Assembly (NCBI RefSeq): GCF_963676685.1
Contig: NC_092356.1
Span: 50,282,001-50,346,000, forward strand
Direction: 5' to 3'
Length of the DNA stretch: 64,000 bases
Source of the DNA: Mytilus edulis
Taxonomy: Eukaryota
Made by a program: the position numbers and the translations under genes. This document shows positions 24,288 to 40,225 of this stretch, in pieces; the first letter of the stretch is position 1; each line of letters starts with the position of its first letter. The notes under the pieces are model-generated. The model saw only the letters and a program-made list of their open reading frames with translations. It was not told the origin of the DNA and made no database searches.

Positions 24288-27122
24288 GGTGATAGGGTAT
24301 CACCTGACCTGAAAAAGAGATATTTATTTGTAAACTTTATTTGAAATCCTGAGCAAAAATTCATAATCAGAAAAACTTAATAGTGAAAGGGGAAGAGATT
24401 GAACCGTCTCAGTATTTCATCATCCGATCGTAGCTTCTTCCGATGTTTCTTTTATTTTAAAAATGTTATGTGCTGTATATTTCTTTTTTCTCATTGTATC
24501 TTTTCTTTTTCTTTCAATGTTTTCAATTATTTAGGAGGAAAGTTATCCATTCTCATTGGAATATTTGCTGCTTGGTGTATTTTAAGCATCCACCAATAAG
24601 TCAATAATCCTATTAGTTTTTTTGGACAAAAGATTATGTAAGAAAGAAGGTGTATATGTGTACAGGAACTCATATGGTGTAAAACCAAGTCAGCTTAGGA
24701 TTGTAAACTGCTGAATGAAAAAGTTGAAAATTGTTTAAACACATCACAAACCTTCTTATCCAACTAAAACACTTAAATTATGGGTTGGTCTTTTACTATC
24801 AGATTTTTGAAACTTTGATAACTTTTCTTTGAATTAAGTGATTGTTATTTTGACAAGAAAAATATTTGAAAACAGTTTTACACCCAATGCTAATATTAGA
24901 TTAAACTTCATGGCAACATTTCAATTTCTTGCTGATCCTATCTACAAAGCTATTCCGTGTTTTTTACAGATTACAGTACCGACATCCTTCTGACAGAAGT
25001 TCTGCAATTAACATATGTGTGTAGTCATCATTACATGAAGTTTATTGGCTCTCAGTAAATATAATATTTGACATTTTCTTGAAATTATAAAACTGAAAAT
25101 AATTTTCAGACAAATCCAGACCCACGATGCCACTTAAAAGAGTGATTTGCCAACATCTCTTGGAAGCATTATAATATGGTAATTCAGAGGGCCCTTCCGC
25201 TTTTTTAATACTATATGGGATAGGCAGTTATATTACCAGAAAATTTTGCATTGGAAAAATAAAATAAGGTGATTAATAAAACCAAAACTGAATGAATGAC
25301 AGGCATTACTTCTATGAACTATATCCCAATCTACCATTTGGTCATTGGCTTTCAGAGGAGGTCATATGTCACAATTGTAAAATGACGGTTTATGGACCCA
25401 TGCACACAAAAGATAGCAAATATGCATTTTAGACACTGCATTGTCTGAATTCTATCTGGAAGATTATTTTTCCCTCAAGATATGGATCTATTTGTATCAA
25501 GACTTCGGTCTACATGAGAAAGAAGGATGGACCAAAATGATAACAAACAAGAACAGTTGTTACTATAACCAATAATCTTGCCACTACTCTTCCCTTACTA
25601 GGGTGTCACCCTTAACCTCTCAAGGTCAAGTTCAAAACAATCCAGTCACTAGGATGTCTCCCTTAACCTCTTGAGGTCAAGGTCACAACAATCCAGTCAA
25701 TTTACTCCATTAGAATAATGTTTAATTATGCAATCCCATTTACATGAAAAAGCCTGAATTAACAGGCTGTATCCCTGGTTCCCTTTTGCCAATTCTGTTA
25801 TTCTATATATCTGATTTTAATCAGATAGTTAATCCCCAATGAATGCTATGTTATCAGAAGGTTAAACTGCCAATCCACCTGTTGAGCATTTCTATTTCTG
25901 ATAAAAACAGGTGATGCAAATAGTCAAAGAGATTTCTTATCTCTTATGTTTATATTGATAGGAAACATCTAATGCCTAGAAGTATCTCCCCAAATACTGT
26001 TTGACACACTACTTCCTCTCATTATAAACTTTGGAACTCTCAAACTGATCTAGTATGCCAAAAAAAAAATCTATTCATGCCAGAAATAAAATAATTTCTT
26101 TTTACTACTGTTTTTGAGAACAGTCATTGTTATGATCATCACAATCTTAAGGTGCACTCTATTGTTTTCATTTTTCATGATCATTAAACCATTTCTTATC
26201 AATTCACCAAAAGAAAAGTCAATATTCAATCAAATTTGAAGGTTTGAAAGTTGGTAGACAGGAATGAAGAGACAATGGAGTGGCCGTAATAGAAGGAAGG
26301 AATGACTGCAGTCACCTTTGGTCCCCCTGAATTTTGAATTCCAATAAAAAAGTATTTTGGCTACAGTTGTAAATTCAGCCTTGCAATATCTCCTCAGTTA
26401 ATGCAAAGCTTCTCTATGTACAGAGAGTGTCTCACCTCTACCAAGGTGAGGCATTAAACACCCTATTAATGGCTTGGTAATCATTTATCCACTATGGTAA
26501 CAGACTTCATTTTAGCATCTTGCAACTTGGTGAAGACGTACAAGTCTGACCTAAAAATCAGTAAAAGGTAAAGGATATGTCTACACCCAATGGGAGTTGG
26601 CTTCTCAGTTTCAAAATAATTAACTTTTCAAAACACTACAAATTATTGATAGGGGAGTAATAAAGGAATCAAAAGAGCAAAAAAATATATAGGTCATCGT
26701 GCTTGTTTTCGAGATATTAGCCATTGAAATGTTGGCGGGAAAATGTTCTCTCTTGACGTTTCATAGCTTTATTAATTAACATTGACAAGTTTAAGTCCTC
26801 AAAAACTATTAAAAAATACTTAAAATTTTATAAGACTTTAACAGACAGCCTATCATTCTACATGTTAAGGAATTATAAAAAGAAAAATGGGGGTCACCGG
26901 GCAAAACTTGTTAAGGCATTCAAATGGATAAAACCAGAGGATTCCGAAAATCTGACCAAAATTCCAAAACATGACAAGCGAGCTTATAACTATAAGCAAA
27001 ATAAAATTTCAAAGCCAAAATTTTAAGCATTTAGAATTTGAGAAATTCACTGTAAAATACAAGTCTGACATAAAAATCACTTCTTATGTATTATAGATAA
27101 TTAATAAGCTACTACAAATTAA

Positions 27123-27680
27123 GGTTTATGTACCCTTCTGTAGCCATTTTTGTACGAATTTTTCAAACCTCAATTGTATCAAAACTAAAGATATAATAAA
27201 TAATAGAGATAGGACATTTAGTACATTTTCCAAGGGGAAACTTGATGCAAAGCATTATTTTTTACTGTTTCATTGCATTTGATAGAAAAAGAGGACTTTG
27301 TGGCAAATAAATCAAGATTTTTATAGAAAATCCACAGCCTTTATCCTTGTACTCTCATATTTGGCAATTTGATGACTGATAGATATAGGATTATTCTATG
27401 CAGTGCTAGCATTGATTTCCTTAAAACAAGTTTATAAATGTAGTTATTGGTTAGGACAAGTATAAATATGGCCAAAATCAAGTACACCTTTTAGGGTGCG
27501 CTCGACTTTAGTGACTCAGCACGAGGTGTTTTGGAATTTACAGGTTACTTAGAACTTTTTGTAAAAAATATACTCTAGCACATCATAGAAAATCCTCTAT
27601 TATTCATAATATCTGTAGTTTTGATACAATTGAAGTTTGAAAAGTTCGTAAAAAAATGGCTACAGAAGGGTACATAAACC
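27123..27680. mobile_element. Kolobok-like non-autonomous DNA transposon (558 bp)
   Basis: ~65-bp TIRs ggtttatgtacccttctgtagccatttt... / ...aaaatggctacagaagggtacataaacc; flanked by TTAA on both sides; GG..CC termini. Confidence 0.8.
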
Positions 27681-28728
27681 TTAAGGAATTGGCTCGTTCT
27701 TACATCAACAAAGAACATCAATCATCATGCATACACTTTTACTCTGTTCTTCTAATTAATATTTAGTAAATTCCTAAGGGGAGGTTACTCTACATGTGTT
27801 GATAATTTATACCATCTGCTTTATGCCAGGATTTTTTTTGCTACTTGCCTTTTTGTTTCCTAAGTTTTTCTCTGTGTAGTTAGTAACTTTCCCCTATAAG
27901 AACGATGGGTGTTCAATCTGTTAAGTTTATGATTCAGCTAATTTTTCATGCCAACATTTCATTTTGATTACATATTCCATCTGTAAATGTGTATTTGCAA
28001 AAGCTAACCATTCTATATCTGGTGCATGCACCTAACAACAAAAACACTGTAGGACTCCTAGACATACATTTGGTAGCCTAAATGCTACGAAATTCAGAGA
28101 AATTCTCCATTTTTCCTTTTTATTTCAGTTTATTCCTACATTAAACACCTAGAAAGACACTTTCAAAACCTTCATGTCACACTTGAAATTGGACAGAAAT
28201 TTATTGAAGATGATCTTTCAAATCAATAATCAAAGGGGTTCCAATTCAGCAAATATCTCGCTCCTTAAAAACCATTTTCAAACATGACTTAATCAATCAT
28301 ACTTATTAAACTTTCAATGATTTTATTCATAGTTGATTTATTTTCAGTGAAAACAAAAGAGACAGGTTATATAGTACACAAAAGAAATTATCAATGGAAA
28401 AATGTATTACATATGTGATAACAATCTTTTTTACTGATATAATAGATATAACCAGTCAAATCTAAAACATTTCATATTTAATATATATGTATATCATGTA
28501 TTGAATATCAATGAATTGTAATTGTCCTAGTGATTTTAACGATTGTGAACGAAATCTTGGCACTTGACAATGTTATCCTACTTCCTCACTTCAACTTTTT
28601 AAGTATCAAAACTTCAGTAAAATCTAATCTTTAATTGATTTCAGCTTAATATTTCACACATATTGATATCTGAACCCAGTTAGATTTTCCATTTCCAAAG
28701 GGACATTACTGTCTAACTACATATCTTA

Positions 28729-28936
28729 TAGACTTGCTACAATTCCCTTTCTAATATTTCTCTCTTACTAATTTATATGTTTACTGATAAGTGCCAGCCT
28801 ACTGATTGCCCTTGGAGAAAGCCTTCCTCCTGCAGATGTCAGTATAATTGTAATCTCCTAGTTATAGCAGTAAAATTATTAAAGGGGCAAAATTGAAAAA
28901 ATAATAATAATTAGGAAGGGACATGTAGCAAGTCTA
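28729..28936 (+). mobile_element. MITE with 9-bp TSD (Mutator-like), copy 1
   Basis: TIR tagacttgctaca / tgtagcaagtcta; TSD catatctta on both sides. Confidence 0.85.
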
Positions 28937-31900
28937 CATATCTTACAACATACATGTATTTGACAAAGGATAGTTCAGAATGGGTTTTTAGACAGTTGAG
29001 TTTTTTTTCCATAACTGAAGGCTGTATATTAATTGTAGTGTAGAAGTATATTTTATCAACTTGTGCTCTTGGGTACCTCTGCTTTGAAAAGTGGTATAAG
29101 AAAACTATTTAACAGTATGCAAATCACCAAATTAAAATTCACAAAAAACACATTTGTCTGTTTGCACTTTATTTCTATTCATGTGCAACTTTAATTATAT
29201 ATCTAAGAAGTATAAAGAAGACTTTGTTTTGACACAGCAGGTGAAAACATAGTATTTGTTAAAAAAAAAAAAGAACTGCTGTTGTTCAGACAGAGTTTGT
29301 CTGAGAACATCATATTATTAATAGATATTGACATCTTGAGCATAAAAATTGGTACTGTAACAAATTTATATACTTTATTTGATTCCCTAAAACTCCAATA
29401 AAATATTAGCGAGTTGAAAAAAAAAAGCTTGGAGTAGGAAGACCTAAAAAGGATGAAGATTATCTTTCATTAAAATATTGTCTTATAAGTTAAAAGAAGG
29501 TTACAGTCCATACGTGTTTCCAAAGATAAATGACTCTCTTCTTATGCAAACTAAACACTCCTAGTTTGTAGTGCTTTTCACAATTCCAGGTGCAAATGCC
29601 ATACCTGTATAATTATAACCATATAATGAAATAAAACAAACCAAAGAGGTCATCTTCAAAAAAGACCACAGTAAACCATGAGGAACCAGGCATTTAATAG
29701 AGAGAAAATTTCATGTCCTTATATCTTATTTGTGGGGCTGAGGTTTCTATCAATGAAAATTTTGTTACGCACAGTCAAGATGAGGTCCCAATGTATTAAA
29801 TCAAGTCTAAAGTTGTGTTGTCCATACTATAGGCTACTGTAACTGATAACTCAACAATATTTACCAATTAAATGTAATTTTCATGTCATAAACCATTTAT
29901 CTCCTGAATAAATGTTGACATTTATGTGTTGTTTAAATACTAGTCTACCAGGCCAAGGGAATACAGTACAGACTTGTAAATATACATGATATAAAATGGC
30001 AAAAAAACTAATACCTTTTTAAAAATCAAAACTCAAAACACTTCAAATCTAAATAACAGGATCTTATTAAAAGAACTCTTGTATAAGATGCCTCTCTGAT
30101 CATTCAATACACTGCAGTTTATACTGGCCTGTAAAATATTAAAGTTTAATGAGAAATTCTTCAATTTTTAAGATTTTTTTAATGGAAATCCTTATATTTT
30201 TTTTTAACAAAACTGAAGAAGCTGATTTGGGCCAAAATAAGTTACTCCCTCATCAACGTGTTTACCCTATTGGTCCCCCAAAGATGATCAACAAACTTCA
30301 AGAATATGCAAATGATCATGTAACTTATGTATGAAAGAATTATGTAATGTTGCATTACACACAAAGAAGCTGATTGTATCCTGTTAACAGGTTAGTTAAC
30401 TGGTCCCGCATTACTGTTTTACCCTGTTGGTTCCCTCAACATGATCTACTGACCTCCTACACACAAGTTATATATGAAATTATCATAAGATTTATGGCAT
30501 AACATAACCTTGAGAAGAAAACTTATTGCATACAGGATTATATATGCTTTTAAAAGGTTAAATTGGTTATAAACCTGGAGATCTGAGCTGAATACCAAAT
30601 GTTTGATATTTTTCCATGGTTGATAGATTAGACATTGATAGACATACATTTCACACTCAATTTACACTAATAAACAGACACAAATATGTTTTTATGATTC
30701 TTACTTTGTAAGGCAAATTATCTTAAGAAAATTATGAAGTAAAATAATCAACAGTAGTCTGTTTGTACCGACTGTGGGACACCAAGGGAAATATGTAGAA
30801 GTGTTAAAAACTAGAGAACTTGTGAAAACAGTAATAAATTTTCACTTAATTGGACTACAGTGACCTATACTTTGCTAACTTCTACATCATTTGGTCTTTG
30901 GTGGAGAGTTGTCTCATTGGCAATCATACAGTACCACATCTTCTCTATTCCATGTGGAACACAATAATCTGAACTTTTAACAAATCTGAATGGAAGAGCA
31001 AACGTCAATATAAAATGATTGAACTGTTAAGTAAATTAATCCTATTTGTCAGGAAATCATTTCCCTGTGAGCCTGAAGGAGGGGGTGTAGTGCTCTTAAT
31101 CCAATAATAATCAATATTTGTTCATCCTAAGATTGTTTTTTTTCTCTCAGAAAGACTTTTTCTCTTATCACATTGCATTGGCCTTGGTTTGTTTCATTAC
31201 AGCTATTAAGGGTGTAATGTTTCATGTGTCAGTTTCATGCTCTCCGACTTTTAAAACATAAACATGAAATTAAGTCAGTATTTATAAAAAGACACAAGAT
31301 TAGAATCTATATTTACATTAAAATTTTACACCACACCTGCAGTTACTCTAATAAATAAAACAAACTCAAACATTTACTGGGGAAAAAAAACTAAGAGTGC
31401 ACGTGTTGTCAGAAATGTTTCCCCCTGCTTTGCTAAATCTAATCATGTTTGAATTTACATTGAGCATGTTGAGTCTTTAAAATTAAGTATCCTAATAAAT
31501 GATATAAACTATTTTGCTAGTTAATGTTGTTTGCATCTTTGCCAATAAATCATTAAAATGAGGTGAAGGTCAGATGAGTGATTGACTGATTGGTGTTTAA
31601 TGTCACTTTCAAAACTATTTCAATATTTCTTGTCAGTTAGTTTTTATTGGTAGAGGAAGCAGGAGTGCAGAGGTGAGAATCGACCTTTAGTAGGAAATAT
31701 TTAACTGACAATCCTAGGATAAAACTTGCCAGAAATCATGCACAGTCCTTACTATCATTCAAACCAAATTCCATTGACCTATTGCTTACAGTATCTGAGA
31801 AATGGACTTAACCATGAAAATTTAAAATTGATCAATGAAGCATAAAAATGAAATCAATGAAGCTTGAAAATGAGGTTAAGGTAAGATGAAACCTGCAAGA

Positions 31901-34900
31901 CATACATACACCTTACAATCATTTAATGCACTTCATAGAAGACGATCAAAAAGCAAACAAGCCTCTTTACAAAGAATTTGTTTGTAATATACATGCTGAT
32001 TAAAAAACGATGTATAGTACATAAATCAAGTATAAATATTTAAATAAGACTAATTCAAGTCAATGATTAAGTATAAGAAATGACACTTCCCATAAACAAT
32101 CTAACAGATCATGTACTAGATCGGTTTGTCAAGTCATGGTGAGATTCAATATTTCTTGTAAAGAAAGTTACGATGAACTTTAGACATTTTTCACTGTTTT
32201 ATGTTAACCCCTCCCCTCCATAAGTAATGTGTGTAAGGTCAAAACTCCCACTTTTTTGGACTCTGAGCTGGACAATCTTTGCAAATTCTATATTGCACTA
32301 TAATTAACATCCACATGAAAACAAACAGCTGAAAATATCTGGATAAATAACATAGGTATTTCTCAATTTTGAAGGTGGAACTTATCAACGAAATCAAGGA
32401 GGGGTTAGAAATTCAAGTTTGAGGAAAAAAAATCAAGGATTAACAACTTATTTTCCTATATAGTTAACTTGGCTGCATACCTTAGTCTATAATGTTATAT
32501 TAAACTGAATTCTTGTTATGTATGCAACCACAATTTAGGTTCAGACAGTATTTGGACCTCATGCAGTCACAGGTCTTTTGGCCCAGTCTTTTTTTAGCTG
32601 TATTTTACATTACAAGTATTACAAAATTCTTACATCTACGCTGGTCATTTGGTCCATTAAATTGCGACATTTGACTGGACCTAATCATTTATTACTGGAC
32701 ATTGCCACATGTCAGATATACCTTGGGTATGACTGCAACCATGGATGTTCAAGTATTTGAATCTCTAAAAGAATACTCCCAATTCATGATACAGCTGAAG
32801 GTCATAATATATTCTGCAAAATTTATATAATTGTCAAAGACAATATTCTGTAATCGTCAAAATTTTTCAAAGCTGGCTATTTATAGCCGTTCTTTCTTAA
32901 TCTCCAGACAAACCAAATATGGATATATGTTATTTTTCCCCATTGATATAATAAGTGCACATGTGCATTTGGCAGATGCATATGACTCTTTGTCATAAAT
33001 CAATAGTGTTTTGAAAGGCGGTAAATAATGAAGCGATAAAAGCTATCCAGATTTGCTCAATTAAGTTCTTTCAATCAGCTGTGTTTTATTCTACATGTAT
33101 TGATATTTTATAATAGAGGAGATGGAATGTGAGGAATTTTACTGATTAAAATTGATATGAAAATCCATAAATATTGAAGATTTTCAACAGTTGGTTTGTA
33201 TTGATTTAAGAAACTTTCTAAAAATAACCCTGTCAGATTAAGCAGACTTTTTTATATGTATATCTTTTCCTTTGATTATGTATGAAGGGTTAATCATCAA
33301 ATGCTGCATGTTGTACTTTTGAAAGAAGCCAGAAGACAAAAATGCCTGTTTTATACTAAACCAACCAATCTTTGCTGATTTAAAGATTCAATACAGTCAA
33401 TGGCAGTAACAAAGTAATGCATGCAGAAGTACAATTGTCACCTTACTCAGACTCCAATCCAACTAATGCCCTCCCTTACTTCTGAATTCAGCTTGACCTT
33501 GGCAAAAATACTAATTTAAAGTTGTTGGATTGACCCAGCCAAAGATCCAACCTACATGTAAATAAACAACCTATCTAACTGAAGGCAAGCAAACAACATG
33601 TACAGCAAACCTACCAAAGGCAGAGACATGTAAAAGTAATTGGATTGGGGAATACCAGTAAAAGCACCAGAAGGTCACAAACTAACACATTCCATGAATA
33701 AACCAATTAAAGTACATTTCAGAGATAACTCAACATATAATTACATACTCATCACTTGTTCATTATAGAATACTTTACTTTTGAAGCAAACTTTTCAGTA
33801 AACATGATAAAAGTATTTGAACTTAACCATTTTCACCTTTTGATAGTTCAAAGACCGACTACATGTAAACAACACATTTAATCAGGTTTATATAATCTTT
33901 GTAAGTAGTTACATGGCCTCAGTTTAGTTATTATAATACTTCACAAGTATAATAAACTGTTATAATCTTGACTAATTGGTTCTTCCTAAGAACTCTATGT
34001 AATGAATTGAAGCCACTGTGAAATTAAAGCCTTTGTTTTGCTAATATAAAAATAAGATGATGTGGTATGTCAGCAAATAAGACAACTCTCCACAAGAGAC
34101 CAAATGACATAGAAATTAACAAGTACAGGTTATCATACGGCCTTCAACAATAAACAAAATCATACTGCATAGTAACTATAAAAAGGCACTGAAAATGGCA
34201 AATGTAAAATAATTCATATAGGAAAACTAAAAGACAACCTCTGACTAAAAAAATACCACACACAAAATAGGCAAAAGTTTGCTTTCTTCACATTGTTGAA
34301 TTTCTAGTCCTTCTTCAAAGCTGACTTTTAATAGTCCTATCAGACATAAGCTTCTGTCATACTTTTTCAATGGTAGAGATATAAATGTAGGTATTTTCTT
34401 GGTGCACCATGATGTAACATGCTGTAGACGTTACACATGTTGCACAATTTGCATAATTACTAAGGAAGTCAACAACCAAACAATTAAAAATTGTTGAAGT
34501 TATTTCTTTTAAGTCAATTTCTACTAAAAATAATTTCTTGTGATCTTCAAACAAACCATTAAATTCATCATCCTTTCTTTCTCAATGTATATATTCTTTT
34601 TTGTATTTTAAAAATGTTATAATTTCTTCATGCATCAAAACCCTGACTTCATGTTTGCTTTCATGTTAAATTGATCCTACTAAAAAGAATAACTAAAAAG
34701 AAAAGGCAACTACATTGTACTAATAGATATGCTTCAAATCTTTAAAATTTAAATCCAATATATGCCTTATGATATGCAAATATGAGATGTTCACTTGTAG
34801 GTGTAAAAAAGAAGATGTGGTATGATTGCCAACAAGACAACTCAAATAAGAGACAAAATTGACACAGAAATTAACAACTATAGGTCACCATATCATACAG

Positions 34901-37900
34901 CCTTCAACCGTGTACAAAGCCCATACCAGATAGTCAGCTATAAAAGGCCCTGAAATGAGATGTTCCATTGTAGGGTTTATTTGTGTTTTCCTTTGTAAAT
35001 AATCACTTGAATTCTTCATTGAGTATCTCTGATTTGCTCTTATTAACATTTTGTAGCAATCCATACCTATTCTTTGACAGTCTGCACAGAAAACTTTTTC
35101 ATCTTCTAGTCCAGAAACTAAATATCAAAATTTGTCCTTATATGACTATATTAAATTTTGAAAATTTTCACTAGTCTGAATCAATATTTACTAGTCTTGG
35201 GCATTGGACTAGTGGCCAACCCTGCAGACTGCTTTGATAGTGCTACACCTGTCCTTTCTTGACCTTTGCACCTTGTCCCAGTTGTCTTTATTGTTTATGC
35301 TTACTTCTTCCATATTTTTTTTGTTTACTTGTAGGTTTAATTTAATTTGTTTGTTTGTAATTATTAATTGTGTGCATACAAATTATCTGGTTGTTGGCTT
35401 GCTATTTGCTCAAGTTATTTCTATTTTGGGGGAAGGGGACTAATAATATAAAATGGATCAAAACCAAAAGAATAATACCACTTTAGCAATAAATTATATA
35501 GGCTTCTACTGGCTCCAAAGTATAGTTTAACTTAAAACAGAAATTTGTAACTGCATCATATTTACATGTACATGTATGGCACATTATAAACTGATATATT
35601 AGCTTCAATGACTAGTACTGACCTATATAATAGTAACATGACAAAAAATCATTTAATTGATTGTTGTATTGCTTTACCTCCAGTGACAAGTATTTCATGC
35701 ATGCTCTGAGAACAATTACTTCATTGGATGTGAGACTAAAAGACTGAACTTTTGCATTAATATGACAAATGAGACAGTATTTACAGAAAACTATTACTCA
35801 AAAGCATGCACTGAGTTAAAGAACTTTGCAGTGGTTGAAAAGAGCAATTGTTCTGGTAAGGTTCTTTTGAAGCCTGTTTAAAATCATACGAGAGATCATG
35901 CATAATATAGAAATAACCCAACCCACAAAAAGGCATTAATTTTATTTTAAACGATATCAACATTGGTGGTCAACATTGAAAAGACCTGGGTCGGTCAACA
36001 TTGAAAAGACCTGTTAAGTATACTTAAAAGATAAAAGTAATGTTTTTACCTTTAAAGTGTAAATCCCAAACAAATTAAATCCAAGACTTGTCAACACTCA
36101 CTATTTACACAATTCATTATACATTATTCCACATAATTAACTAATTCTATTATTCCCAATAGATTACCAACACATTCCTTTTATATGGGACAGAAAATGT
36201 AAACAAACTACACATAAAACAATCAACAAAAATAAAGATCAAAGTGAATATATCCAATTTACCAGGTAAGACATCCAGGTATAATCACTGTGCTATTTCT
36301 TGGTACATCTATTTACATATATTTTTACATTGATAAGTAGTCAAACATTCACATGATCCAGACAAAACATCTCAGACAGAAGCTTGGGGAGCGTTTCAAA
36401 ATTTACTTTAGTCCTGTAATTTAAAACTGTTCGATATCCTTTTTATTAAAAATTAGAATGCATGAAATAAAATCTTGATCAAACTCATTTGCATATAATC
36501 GGAATAAAATAATAGTAAATTGACTGATTAATCTATAAAATGAAAGAGAACAATGTCTTCTCCAGCGCAAGATTTTAACTTAAGATTAAATCTTGTAACT
36601 AATTTTAGCCTCCAATGACTTTTAGTGATCATCTTATACTTGGTCATCAAGACTGTCACATTTCAGTTCTCCTCTTTGAACCGAACATCAAAAAGTTATC
36701 AATTTCCAATGGGTTGTGATCATTTGGTCTTATTATGATGATATACTACTACCCTAAGTAATAGTACTCTATTTGTAATGACCCTAGATTGACATTGAGG
36801 ACACCTTAAGTTACACCTGTAAACTTTACACCACAAATCTGTAAACAATTAATTATCTCAGGTAACACAATAAGATGATCGATCATTCTCTGCCCCCAGG
36901 GGACTTATTGTTGCTTTTTCTCGTTAAAATTGTCCACATTTTTTATATTGTTGATAGATAAAACACCCTGTTTTTCCAATAAAAAATATATGAAGGAAAA
37001 AATTTGTATTTTACCATGTGTGATACTCTCCAATTTTCTATAAAAGAAGAACTAAATATAATTTAATGACACAGACAAATTTAAATACCACAGTGTCTGG
37101 TTCTTCAATGATTTCCCTATACTCATCAATAGTTTAATTAATCCCGTCTGGGCTCTCCACTCAATGAACCTAGTACACAAAATCAAGTTTACAAACCATG
37201 AACTTATATTGGTTAAATCATTTTTTTCTCTGAATTTTCATCTATTCCTCCTAATTCAAAGAAAGTTAAAGGACATAAAGCCTACATTGACTTCTGCTTT
37301 AGATCTGCAACCAAAAACAGCATTTTTTTTATTTCAAATTTCTTAAACATTTTCAGGGGAAAAAACACTAATTAGAGAACTTCATAACATGGGCACAAAT
37401 TATTTTTAAGTGAGGTGCATTTTGGGATGTCAATCTCAAATTTTGGTGAATTTTATTTCATTTTGCCCACTGTTCAATCACTTTTTTATTCATACGTATA
37501 AAAACAATATGATTTCTCATACCACTTCTATGCTAAAAAAATCCACTAGCCTCTACCTTGAAAATAAAATGATTGGCGCCTAAATGATGTATGCAGGATT
37601 TCCCCTGAAACCCACTCCTGATTCAGGGACTTAACTTCACTTTATTCTGAATAATGGAAAAAGACAGCTAGACTAAAATAAAGTGAACAAAGATTTGTTT
37701 TTCTAAAGCAACTACTTAATTCTAACATAAGAAGCGATAAGATGACACACTTTAAAGAATGCTGAAGGACAAATTCTTCCGAACCTCATTTAAATCATTG
37801 AGTGACAAATGAATCCAAAATTCTTATGTAAAACAATTAGTTCAATGATGGATTTAAATGCATGTACATGTAAACAATGAATAAATTAATTATTATACAA

Positions 37901-38750
37901 TCGGCCGCATAAAATTTATTAGTATAAATAGCATGACAAACTTATATAAATTAATAGAGACTCACCTCAAATCGCTTCTTAGGTAGACCAATTCTTACAT
38001 ATCCAATCTAAAATATCAAAATATTAATTTAATATGATTTATATCTATTGATCTGAGTGATCCTATTGTTTAAGTTATTGACTTATCTCGTTAGTATATC
38101 AAAGGCATACCTATCACAGGTGTGATGGGGTAAATCTTTGAGAATTTGTTAGATCTTTTTATCTGAGTAAAGAGACAAACCATACCTAGCGCTAACATCA
38201 GTTCTTTACTTTGGTTTCCTACTCAAGTATGTGATCATCATGAACATAGAAACATTGGGCATGAAATAAAATGCAAAATCATGTAACCATTAAGTGTTTT
38301 CAAAATTCTAACAAAACTTATGCATAACTGTGGTAATACTATGTATCATCATTATTTATTGGATATACATTTACATGTATTTAGTTTGTAGACAAATTTA
38401 TTTAAAAATATCTAAAAATATACCATGTATACAGACTAAGCCATATGTGGAGTCGGATCTGCTTTACCTTTCCAGAGTACCTTGCTTTTTTTATGTTCAT
38501 GTTACTCAGTTTTTAGTTTTCAATTTTGTGTTTTGTATGCTGTTGACCCTTTCTTTTTGTCACGGCATTGTCAGTCTTTTTCAAATTATGAGTGTGAAAG
38601 TCCTTGAGGTATCTTTTGCCTCTTTTTTTTAAGCATACTAACTATCCATGGAAATACAAGTTTTCCTCAATCCAAAAAAATAGTAGTGCACAAGAAAATA
38701 AAGAATCAACAGTACTCAGTTTTTTTTCTACATACAGTGCTGAAAGAATG

Positions 38751-38968
38751 CCCTGTCAAAATGCAACCATGGTTGACTATGGTTACAATCATTGACCATT
38801 GATAACCATGGTCAAACCATGGTTGACCGTGGTTTAAACCATGGTTAACTATGGTTTTCCTCTTTTGTGAGCATGGTTGACCATTGTCATACATCTGAAT
38901 ATGGTCGACCGAGCTCAAATCACAAGGGGTAGACCATAGTCAATTTGACAACCATGGTTTTCTACCTG
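38751..38968. repeat. Array of palindromic (A/G)ACCATGGT(T/C) decamers
   Basis: aaccatggttgactatggtt...aaccatggtcaaaccatggttgaccgtggtttaaaccatggttaactatggtt. Confidence 0.75.
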
Positions 38969-40007
38969 TGTAACTAAAATAAATGCACATGAGGTTTGTT
39001 TTTTTTATAATGAGGACATCCAAGCATGATGATTGAGCCAACAGTTAGCCTTAACAACAAGAAAAAGCAGAAATAGACAGAAAAAGCTCTGGTTAAAAAA
39101 ATGTTTTTTCTCATGTCGATCATTAACATGATTTCACTGCATGTATAGGTTGGTGAGCACCCAACCTTTCTTCTGTATCTCTCTCTGTAAATAACAAGAT
39201 AAGTGAAGCAGATATGAAGCATATAACACCTTAAAGTAAACACAAATCATACCAGAAAATTATATAATCGCGGTAAAGAATACCTGAACACAACAAATAA
39301 CAAACAAGGACTATTGTACTAAAACCATCTTAAAATACTCTATAAAAATAAAATTGAACCATTAAAATTTTTTGCTTCTATTTTCATCAGGTTGTCATGG
39401 CAATGTTACCACAATTTAAATCCTATAAACATTTTATTTCTTCAGAATTGTAAGGTGTAAACTTGAGATGCAATGAACAAGTTACCACATCAAAAAGCTA
39501 TCATTAGTTCGTAATACTTTTTGGCAAACACTTTGAATTAAGTCTTTTTATGTAATAGATCATGAGGTATGTTTCCTTAGCAGCTCATCTGTAAACAAAG
39601 TGTAGAGTTGTAAGAATGATCTATAACATGTTCAAATGTTATTACTTAAACATTTAAGTATCACATCAATTAACCGATATCAAACTACAGTCAAACCTCA
39701 GAGTTCTTGAAATCTTTTTCCCCTGGTGGTCCAAGAAGAAAATCATTTCTATACTTTCTAAAGCAAAAAATCAAAATTGCATCCTTTGCAAAATTTTAGT
39801 GTACATGACCTTCGACCACCACTTTTTGAAAACTCTGAATCTGTATTCAAATTCAACTTTGATCTCTGAAGAAACTTGACCTTTGAGACATATGAATTGA
39901 GATTCAATATACATATAACCAGAGTGGGTAAAGAACAGGGAATTTATAACTAACATCACATGTTAATGCTTAAAGAACTCAACCTTCATAGCAGGTCTCT
40001 GACCTAA

Positions 40008-40225
40008 GGGCTATCCCAGAAAAAAAATGTATGGAGGGGTTAGAAGGCACATTGTATTAATAATACATGGGTGATGGGTATCAGAGCAACTTTTCACACT
40101 ATAATGCACTATAATTCTCAATTACAATTGTCTGGGTGGCGGGTGCTGACAAAAACACAGCCTTCCACCCACCTAACCCCCCCCCCCCCCCCCCCCCCGC
40201 ATACATTTTTTTTCTGGAATAGCCC
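40008..40225. mobile_element. PIF/Harbinger (Tourist-like) MITE
   Basis: TIR gggctatcccagaaaaaaaatgtatg / catacattttttttctggaatagccc; TAA TSD. Confidence 0.8.

Noticed and set aside
37960-38120. Possible 5'UTR exon ending at the strong donor GAG|gtgagt (37966)
   Set aside because: A single good donor in 40 kb of AT-rich DNA is not enough without transcript evidence.
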